From Squalus acanthias (taxonomy: Eukaryota): a stretch of 64,000 nt of DNA. The DNA lies in contig CM059425.1 of the NCBI GenBank assembly GCA_030390025.1, positions 168,952,001-169,016,000 on the forward strand, given 5' to 3'. This document shows positions 37,661-47,639 of this stretch, piece by piece. The position numbers were made by a program, and so were the translations under genes. A model generated the notes under the pieces. It made no database searches and was not told where the DNA came from. It saw only the letters and a list, made by a program, of their open reading frames with translations. The first letter of the stretch is position 1, and each line of letters starts with the position of its first letter.

Positions 37661-38377
37661 AAAACAGTTGTGCAAACTTAGACACAGGCAGTAGAACTGA
37701 AAAAGCAAATCAGCTGCAAGTTGTTGATGCTCCCTTTAAATAGCGCTGTTGAGGGCTCCTTCCTACTGCTGAACGCTTGGTTAGCTGGTCGTGATTAGGA
37801 GATGGCTTTAAATGGAACAGCGACGTCGAAGATTGGCAGATTGTGCAGCAAATCAGTCTTGCACATTCTGCCTAATCTAAATACCTGGAACGAGCGCTGG
37901 CAATGGCAGCGCTGCTGACCTCCCCAAAATGGCGGCCGCCGCAAGACCTGCCTGAAGCGTGTCGGCTGCCATTTTTTCATCAAAACGGGCCTTAACAACA
38001 GGTGCGATACCCCCGAATTTCTAGGTCTACGAGATGCCTGGAGCAAATGGGATACATCTTAGAATTTTTAATTAAACAAGGGAGGAAAATAAGCATGATC
38101 CTGGTAAATATTTTTAGGTGCTCGATAATCATTGGGGATGTGCTTTTAATGTCTGCTCAAGTTAAGTTCCTGCTTGAGTTAGATTCCTCAGCTAAAATAA
38201 CTAGATCTGGAATTTTATGGCACTCTTTTTGAAAACTGATGTGAAGAATCTATTTAACACATCCATTTCATATAATCGCCTCAATTCATCCCTTCACAGA
38301 CCTACACGGTGTCAGCTACAAAAATAACCAAAACATTTCTTTCGATGACTGATCACTATCTCTGCTACCCTCTTGAC

Positions 38378-38531
38378 CAATGTTCCCTGTAATTTTTTTT
38401 GGTGCACGGGCCCTTTAACTGGCTGCGCGGCCCATTCAGTTTTTCACACATGCACAGTTATTGCCGTTGTAAAGCCGGTGAGCGGCCTGCGCAGGACGTC
38501 CAGACTACTGCGCAGTTTAGCGGGAACATTG
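38378..38531. mobile_element. hAT-type MITE (154 bp)
   Basis: TIR caatgttccc / gggaacattg; perfect 8-bp TSD ctcttgac (38370-38377, 38532-38539). Confidence 0.88.
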
Positions 38532-41052
38532 CTCTTGACCTTCGTAATCCCTTTTAGTTGGTCTAAAATGGCTTTTTTATGCTTCCCAGTCATCTCAAAT
38601 ATTGTATCCATGTATCTCTATATCTATTGTATTTTGAATTTGGTACATTGAGCATGTGCTTTATTGAAAATTCACAAGTACCTTCAATAACTTTTACTCC
38701 TAGGTGGTGCATTTGATAGTTATTTTCAATGGTTAAGGTGTCACGCTTCATGTCACAACCTGTGACACACAACACCAGCTGTTTTATAATGAGTTTATCA
38801 CCCTTGATTGCACAGTTTGGTCACCGGGTTCCCATAAATTACTCAAAATGCTTTCAGAAAAATTTTCATCTGCCATTTGTTCATCAGTAAATGAAATTTC
38901 CAATAGTCAAATAATGATTTAAACAAAATAAAATAAATTAAAAATTACAGATTTTACAGTAACATTACTTTGTTTATCGATTCAATTGTCTCTTGTGTCT
39001 TCTAATACTTTTGTTCAAATTTTTACTTGATGGACCACAGCCTCTCCTAAAATTCTGGGCTTGGACGTGACTCTGAGCAGAATTTGGACTGTGCAGTCTA
39101 AAACAAGTGCAATGTACATAATTTCCCAACATGCACAAGCACTGTTCAGTTAGCTGTACTAATGAGATATTTTTATTGAACTTTTAGCAGTTCTGTTTAA
39201 TAGTGTTTGAAACTGATTTGAAGAAAAGCCAGAGAATGCATTTCAAAATCAAGTATAATTTATATTGAGTTTTTTTTAAACAGTGAGGCTGTGTGCGGAT
39301 GTGGGTAGAAAATAAAGTGCTTTGATTGTACACCTATTTTAGCTTTTGTGTTGCATAAATTTTAGCAAGTGCATTACATTGAGAGGGGCACTAGGGTCAG
39401 AGAGAGGAGATGAAAGATAACTGTGTCTGTGTTTCTTAGTTTAATTTTTGGTTTTCAAGAAACAAACAGTTGGGTTTTAAAGTCAGTTAATTATCTCAAC
39501 CTGTGTTTTGTTGACAGAAATTAGCATTGATCTTTTCTAACACTTATGAGATGGAGAAAAGACACAAATATATTAGGCAGCCAGGCAGTTTCTATGCTTT
39601 CAAAATTCAACTTCTTTAAAAAAAAAAAAATCAAATTAGAATGAGCAAAGAACCCTCTTTGTGGCAAAGAGACGGGGCAGCTGGGAGAGAAACTGGTTGA
39701 AGGTGAGCGATCTCTGGCCTCACCCCCATCCTTGTTGGGAGTGAACAGGAGTGGATGAAGGTGGGGTGAGTGACAGAACAAGGGAAAGGACGGATTCAGT
39801 GAATGATTCAGGGAGGAGGAGATAGGGGTAGTAATGAGAGCAGGGTGTGGTATGAAGGGGAATGGATAGTGGGAAAATGAAGAAGGGGTGATGTGATGGA
39901 AGCAAAGGAGCAGGGATAGCATAAGTTATTTGGAGAGGGGATAGGAAGATAACAGCTGACTTTTCCCTACAGCCCACACCTTAAGTGCAGCTTTCAGCCG
40001 TTGATGGCTCTTTTCCCTGCCACACTGCCGACCACTTCCCGCCCAAAAAGGGAAAAAAAAAGCACAGCAGGACAGAGAGCAAAACGGGTGAAGAGAAAGA
40101 GAGACAGAGAAACAGCAACACTGACACCTGAGATAGATAAGAGCAGAGGTGGGCAATTATTTGGGTGGACGGCCACTTAGCAAGTTTTGGTGAGCTGTTG
40201 AGGGCCGCACATCAATGTTCCCCCTAAGGTGCGTGATCGTGCACCAATCGCGAGGTCCCACGCAGGCCGCTCACCAGCTCCTGCCACTGGAAGAGATACC
40301 ACGCAGCAGATTTAATGGGACCACACACGTTGGTGAGAGCAAAATGTTAAATTGGTAAATTTGAAACAGGCCAACTCATAGTATTAAGCATTACTCCCAC
40401 TTCTACCCTCCCAATAATTTATAAACATAAGTTCAGATAGTAGTCAGATACTATCTTAAATACTCAAAATGTAGTGTAAAATGGTAAAATCTTCTGTTAC
40501 TAAATCAATGAAATGATTGATCGATTATATGTTGTACTGAAAGTCTACGTAGCTGTTTGGCAGAGCGGCCAGAGTCTTTTTGAAGCACAAGTAGCTCTTT
40601 GTGGACACTGTTTCTGCTTCAAAAAAACTGAATATCATAAATAATTAATTGAGACCAGTGGCGTAGAATGCCAGTTCAACAAATGGCACCAAAGAATGGT
40701 GGGATGTGGGTTTATGCCCATTGTCCCTCACTCAGAAAGTCCTTAATCTCAACTGGACTGTCAGGAAGAAAGAGGGGGTCAACCGAAAATGAGCATATCC
40801 CCACAAGGAAGTAAATTTGGAGGGTGAGACACCACGGGTCACAGTAGAATGGCACTGTCAGAGATCTGGGAGCAAGTTACCCACCTTTTCTTTCAGCTGA
40901 GAATGCATTGGTTGTGTGCAAGGACCGAAAGAGAAAACAACCACACACAACAAAAAGTAAAATGCAAAAAAGAAAACTTAAAAGGGATTGCTTAAAGTAA
41001 GAAAATACTGTATTTGTAAAATAAATGCAGGTAGTTAAACTCTTATTTATTC

Positions 41053-41257
41053 GAGAAATCGCACAACACCAGGTTATAGTCCAACAGCTTTATTTGAAAT
41101 CACAAGCTTTCGGAGCGCTGCTCCTTCGTCAGACTTCACCTGACGAAGGAGCAGCGCTCCGAAAGCTTGTGATTTCAAATAAAGCTGTTGGACTATAACC
41201 TGGTGTTGTGCGATTTCTCACATTTGTCCACCCCAGTCCAACACCGGCATCTCCACA
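41053..41257 (+). mobile_element. Penelope-type palindromic mini-element 1
   Basis: Perfect 80-bp inverted repeat 41053-41132 / 41140-41219, 38-nt tail, 12-bp TSD tcttatttattc. Confidence 0.85.
41136..41172 (+). ncRNA. Minimal type I hammerhead ribozyme motif
   Basis: UCAC-CUGACGA-A-GGAGC(AGC)GCUCC-GAA-AGCU-U^GUGA: stem I, core, stem II and palindromic stem III. Confidence 0.7.
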
Positions 41258-43237
41258 TCTTATTTATTCAAACAATCATATTCCAATAAGTGATATTGCA
41301 GCTTGCTGTTGATAATTAGAGATTTATTTTGTGGATAAATAGTATATGAGGTTAAAAAGCATAAAGCTTCCCATTTGGGGAGTAGTTAGAGCTACTCTTA
41401 TCACCGCAATTGCTTTAATTCTGACATTTGGCCTGTGATCTGCTAACAAAGCACCAATCTCTTCGCATGCAGTGACCAAATGGGAATAAACTGGAGATGC
41501 AATATGCATGAAGAAATCTGTACACGTGACTACCTTTTCTCTCATTTTAAGATGTGCATTGTTGTAGAGGATAAGACAACTTGTAATGTGGAAGACAATC
41601 TTGTGTCAGGCAGTGTGCTTGGAGATGTTCTCCAAATATTTATCATAATCTAGTATGGTCTTCAACATTGAAAACTCTTGAAACATCTTGGATTTATGAA
41701 ACATTTAGGTTGATTTTATTGGAAATATCAAATTCAGCACTGATTTGCTGACCTTTCTTATCACCATGCTCTTGCCATTGAGCTGCATCAGTAAGCTGAA
41801 CAAGGTAGATTTTATATTTTCAATAAATACAGGGTTCAGGTGCATATTTCCAAATATGACTGGCTTCCCAAGTACAGTACATTAAACACCACAGATAATA
41901 TCATTCAGTCATGCTCATTTTCAAAGAAAGGCTCAATTGCAACTGCCACATCAAGAATGGAATGTAGATACTTCTCTTGCAGCTGATCTGGGATCTTGGA
42001 TATGCTTGACATTGCTATGAGATTGTTGAGCTTAGACTTCTTGGGGCCGATTTTCATTCTGGGTGGACATCGGGCAATGGTGCTGTCTGTCAAATGTCCT
42101 CGGCGAGATGACCGAGCCATTTTGATGGCCGGTCCTCATCTGTGTAATATCCAGCTACAACCGCTAAACCAGGACTCTCAGGTAGCTTGCAGATCGTGTG
42201 TGTGGGGGGGGGGGGGGGGGGGGCTGGAAATCTGGCGGCTCGTCCATGGAACAGAGCCAGACACCTTGATACAACGAACCACCGATTTGATTTGCCCGCC
42301 TCTGTTTTTGGTTGTCTCCGAGGCAGCAGGGGAGTCATAATGACTGCCTTCTGACGTTACGTGAGGCGGGGTCAGGTGTGCCGAATGTTCAGCCACGAAG
42401 CCAGGCCTTGGCGGGCCAGATATGGCTCGCGGACCATATTTTGTCTGCCACTGGATAAGAGAGTGACCATATTTTCAGACCTGCTGTGTTCAACACTGGA
42501 GATCTAATTTTAAAATATTAAAAAGGATCTAACACTCCAGCATTTACAATCCATTATAGATGTAAATTCATATTGTGTTACAGATGGAAATTGATCTTCA
42601 AATACTGGGTGTTTCTGAGCTGAATCCTGAAACCCACGAGTATATTCCAATCTACAGAGTTCCTCAACAAACAACAGTTAACTTTGAGTGACTTCAGGTT
42701 GTGCTTCCTTACAGCAATTAGACTTTGTGGGCTATCTAATCACAGTCCATCTTAGCAGCAGAATAATGCATTGTACATCACATGGTATAATATGCCAATC
42801 ATAAAACAAGTTATAGCCTGATTTAGTGTGAGTAGTGCTGTGGGAAGTTTGCTGGTATTTATGTGATGGCGTTCCTTCTATGTAAAAATGAAATCCCATT
42901 ATATACAAAATGATTTATCTCCTATGCACATCTTTTAACAATGCACTCATTAAAGTCCATTATCATCTTCATGTTAATAACTTAACTTGCTCATAAGATC
43001 ACTTATTTATTGATTTATGTTTTAAGAGGAAGGAATGTCTAGGAAGGTGTACATTTTATTCAAAGTACTCCCTTCATTTTTATACAGGGTAAAAAAATAT
43101 AGTTTCACAGAATTTGTGTTTTATTTAAAAAAAGGCAATTTTCTCACCCATTGATTTCTTTCTTTCGCCCAAATTTCTCCCTTTGTGCTAGGTCAGAACA
43201 TAGTCGTGGGAGCCCATATCTAGCTATAAGCTAGAAT

Positions 43238-45612
43238 TTTTTATTCGTTCATGGGATGTGGGCGTTGCTGGCAAGGCCAGCATTTATTGCCCATGCCTAA
43301 TTGCCCTCGAGAAAGTGGTAGTGAGCCGCCGCCTTGAACCGCTGCAGTCTGTATGGTGAAGGTACTCCCACAGTGCTGTTTGGGAGGGAGTTCCAGGATT
43401 TTGACCCAGTGACGGTGAAGGAACGGTGATATACTTCCAAGTCAGGATGGTGTGTAACTTGGAGGTGGTAGTGTTCCCATGCGCTTGCTGCCCTTGTCCT
43501 TCTAGATGGAAGAGGTCGCGGGTTTGGGAGGTGCTGCCGAAGAAGCCTTGGCGAGTTACTCTCACCTGACCCCTGGAATTCAGCTCCTCTGTCCATGTTT
43601 GGAGCCGAGTGGTCTTGGCGGAACCCAAACTGGGCATCAGTGAGCAGGTTATTGGTGAGTAAGTGCCGCTTGATAGCACTGTTGATAACACCTTCCATCA
43701 CTTTGCTGATGATTGAGAGTAGACTGATGGGGCAGTAATTGGACGGATTGGATTTCTCCTGCTTTTTGTGGACAGGACACACCTGGGCAGTTTTCCACAT
43801 TGTTGGATAGATGCCAGTGTTGTAGCTGTACTGGAACAGCTTGGCTGGAGGCGCAGCTAGTTCTGGTGCACCAGTCTTCAGCACGACAGCCGGGATGTTG
43901 TCAGGGCCCATAGCCTTTGCTGTATCCAGTGCGCTCAGCTGTTTCTTGATATCATGTGGAGTGAATTAAATTGGCTGAAGACTGGCTTCTGTGATGGTGG
44001 GGACCTCAGGAGTAGGCCGATATGGATCATCCACTCAGCCCTTCTGACTGAAGATGGTTGCAAACACTTCAGCCTTGTCTTTTGCACTCAAGTGCTGGGC
44101 TCCACCGTCATTGAGGATGGGGATATTCATGGAGCCTCCTCCTCCCGTTAGTTGTTTAATTGTCCACCACCATTCACGACTGGATGTGGCAGGACTGCAG
44201 AGCTTTGATCTGATCCGTTGATTTTGGGATCGCGTAGCCCTGTCTATAGCATGCTGCTTCAGCTTTTTAGCATGCATGTAGTCCTGTGTTGCAGCTTCCC
44301 CAGGTTGGCACCTCCAGTTTTAGGTACACCTGGTGCTCCTGGCATGCTCCTCTACACTCCTCATTGAACCAGGGTTGGTCCCCTGGCTTGATGGTAATGG
44401 TAGAGTGAGGGATATGCTGGGCCATGACGTTACAGATTGTGGTGGAATAAAGTTCTGCTGCTGCTGATGGCCCATAGTGCCTCATGGATGCCCAGTTTTG
44501 AGCTGCTAGATCTCTTCTGAATCTATTCCATTAAGCACGGTGGTAGTGCGATGGAGGGTATCCTCAGTGTGGAGATGGGACTTCGCCTCCACAAGGACTG
44601 TGTGGTAGTCACTGCTACCAATACTGTCATGGACAGATGCATCTGCGACAGGTAGGTTGGTGAGGACAAGGTCAAGTAGGGTTTTCGCTCATGTTGGTTC
44701 TCTCACCACCTGCCGCAGGCCCAGTCTGGCAGCTATGTCCCTCAGGACTCGGCCAGCTTGGTCAGTGGTGGTGCTACCGAGCTACTCTTGTTGATGGACA
44801 CTGAAGTCCCCCACCCAGAGTACATTCTGTGCCCTTGCTACCCCTCAGTGCTTCTTCCAAGTGGTGTTCAACATGGACGAGCACTGATTCACCAGCTGAG
44901 GGAGGGCGGTAGGTGGTAATCAGCAGGAGGTTTCCTTGCCCATGCTTGACCTGAAGCCATGAGACTTCATGGGGTTTGGAGTCAAAGGTGAGAACTCCCT
45001 TACTGTGCCGCCACCTTTGGTGGGTCTGTCCTGCCGGTGGGACAGGACATACCCAGGGATGGTGATGGAGGAGTCCGGGGATGTTGGCTCAGAGGTATGA
45101 TTCTGTGAGTATGACTAGGTCAGGCTGTTGCTTGACGAGTCTGTGGGACAGCTCTCCCAATTTTGGCACAAGTCCCCAATGTTAGTGAGGAGGACTTTGC
45201 AGGGTCGACTGGGCTGGATGTGCCTTTGTCGTATCTGAAACCGTTGCCTAGGTCGATGCCGGGTGGTCTGTCTGGTTTTTTAATTATTGTTTTTCGTAGC
45301 GGTTTGGTACAACTGAGTGGCTTGCTAGGCCATTTCAGAGGGCAGTTTAGAGTCACATATAGACCAGATCAGGTAAGGACGGCAGATTTCCTGAAGGACA
45401 TTAGTGAACCAGATGGGTTTTTACAACAATCTGTTAGTAATGGTCACCATTACTGATTCTAGCTTTTTTTAAATTCCAGCTATATTTAATTAACTGAATT
45501 TAAATTCCACAGCTGCCATGATGGGATTTGAACTCGTGTCTCTGGGCCATTAGTCCAGGCCTCTGGATTACTAATCCAGTAACTGTTCTCTCTTTGCTTT
45601 ATGCTACCGTTC
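43238..45612 (-). mobile_element. CR1-Zenon-like LINE with intact 5' end and a large RT deletion
   Basis: tRNA-like head ~45520-45612; APE start (KLGELSHRLVKQQPDLVILTESYL); MGPDNIP; deletion junction ~43557 fuses mid-RT to the C-terminus. Confidence 0.85.
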
Positions 45613-45967
45613 CCTTTTCCAACTGTTAAGCAGGCCAGTCTTAAGCAATGATTCCTCCTTTTTCCTGTTGAGTCACTCTGGGTTACTCCCTGTCACTGAT
45701 GTCACATCGCAACTTAGCAAGAAGGGAGAATTACTTTGAGGGTCTTCACATGGGTAAGAAAATTGTCCATTTTACAAAAGCATCCACATAATTCTGGTGA
45801 GGCTATTACTACACTTTATAAAATGGGGGAGTATTTGAACGATAAGAGCTCCCTAAGACTTCTTAAAATAGGAAAATGTGCCCTCTTTTCCTTCTTAGAG
45901 GAAAAACATTATAGAAATTGGTCTTTCAATAAACTTGTAGACTTGACAATGTGTCCTTTAATAACAG

Positions 45968-46138
45968 AATGACAGTGGAAGCAAAACCTTCCCGAAAAAT
46001 GACAATGATGAGGACTCGGTTTCAAGAAGAGAAGATACTGAAAAGGCCATGGTGTTGTTCAGGCCAATGGTCTCTGATCCCATTTATATACATCGAAAAT
46101 CCCCGCTGGCACGCCCGAAGAAAATAGGCTCAGTGGAA
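45968..46138 (+). CDS. PPIP5K2: PPIP5K2 internal coding exon E (start of disordered C-terminal region)
   Basis: taacag|AAT...GAA|gtaagt; 171 nt; NDSGSKTFPKNDNDEDSVSRREDTEKAMVLFRPMVSDPIYIHRKSPLARPKKIGSVE; LFxPMVSxPIxIHRKSPL is shared with PPIP5K2. Confidence 0.93.
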
Positions 46139-46597
46139 GTAAGTTTTTTTTAAAAAAAACTCTTTCTCTTGAAGGCTTTTTGGAAGTTAGCACGGATACT
46201 TTTTTCTGTAATTGCAAGAGGTAAGTGTAAGAAATATTTTTTTTAAAAGACATTGAAAGAGAATAACTTTTTTAACCCCATTTACGTTACCAGAAAAGTG
46301 TTGTTTACTGCTACTAACAGTGACAATGCAGACTATTGTGAGTGCAACACTGCAGATGAATGCAATATTAAATGGAGATCAACATCATTATAAAAACAGT
46401 GCTGTGCTACTACTGCTCCTATAATTTATTGGAGAATTGTTGCTGTTTGTGCTGGGTACAACTTTAATGCCATCTATCTTTATATAATGCAGCAATTAGT
46501 TGAGCTCAGGTGTTTTTTTTAAAACACCATATGGATGCATGAAATTTAGCTACATGCTCAGTGCCACTAAGCTTGTGTCCAACATAGATGTAGGTTA

Positions 46598-46821
46598 AAA
46601 CAACAACAGAAAACGCTGGAAAAACTCAGCAGGCCAGGCAACATCCATGGAGAGAGAAACAGAGTTAACGTTTCAGGTCGAAACCCTTCATCAGAACTGA
46701 AGGGTTTCGACCTGAAACGTTAACTCTGTTTCTCTCTCCACGTTTGTTGCCTGGCCTGCTGAGATTTTCCAGCGTTTTCTGTTGTTGTTTCAATTTTCCA
46801 GCATCTGCAGTATTTTGCTAT
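46598..46821. mobile_element. Penelope-derived palindromic mini-element 2
   Basis: 93-bp inverted repeat 46598-46690 / 46698-46790 (4 mismatches), 31-nt tail, 15-bp TSD catagatgtaggtta; same family as 1921-1990 and 5499-5568. Confidence 0.87.
46663..46698 (-). ncRNA. Minimal type I hammerhead ribozyme motif
   Basis: Minus strand AGUU-CUGAUGA-A-GGGU(UUCG)ACCU-GAA-ACGU-U^AACU. Confidence 0.72.
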
Positions 46822-47639
46822 CATAGATGTAGGTTATGCTTTTTTCTTATTGAAACAAACTGAATTGACACATACAGCTGGATATTGACCAAAGTTTGCT
46901 TTGTGATTCAAAGTATGTGTAAACAAGGTCAACATATTTGTTGGACTAAGATTGATTTATTCATGGTGTGAGTGTGGAGAGAAAATATTTTAGAGAGGCC
47001 GAAATGCAACAGTTCTTTATGGATCATAATACAAAAGAAAATAAGTGATTCTAAACTGAAGAGTTTTGTTTGTGCAGCTACATGATTATTATCCGAACTA
47101 AACCAGTTTACTCTCCTAAATATCAAAAATATTTTAATGGACCGGGACCATTTAATGCTGCACTCACATTAGTCTTCATTGTTGCTGTTACTATGAATAG
47201 CGTTCTAAAAGTGAATCTTTTTATTTTTATGATATATTTGTCGAATTTTAATTGTTCAGTGTTATTTTTTACTGAACAGATCATGATATATCTCCTATTG
47301 TGTTGAGTAAAATGTAAGGCTTTAACATGAGGGGGAAAATTGGAATGTAGATTGCCCAGACCAATCTCTCAGACTTAATTCAGTAAAACTATTAAGAGAT
47401 TTGGAGCAGATTTCTCCCAGGCTTTTCAACTTGGGATTGGTGAAAGCTGGGGGGAGCACTATAAATGAGAATTTTATAAATGGGGAGTGGATGGCATCTG
47501 AATGTATCCATTAGATTTGCTATCCTATAGCTCACTTCCCATCATCCATTATTATCTACTTAAAATGCTATTCAAGTATGCGGTTTTATTCTGATGTACA
47601 TAATTAGTACAAAAAAATTCTGCCAGATAAATATTTGTA

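Larger units (their letters stand above)
30168..38027. mobile_element. Decayed full-length PIF/Harbinger transposon with convergent Myb-like and transposase genes, hosting nested L2, Zenon-like, CR1 and SINE insertions
   Basis: TIRs ggcctagaaatt (30168) / aatttctaggtc (38016-38027); both Harbinger genes lie between them. Confidence 0.75.
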
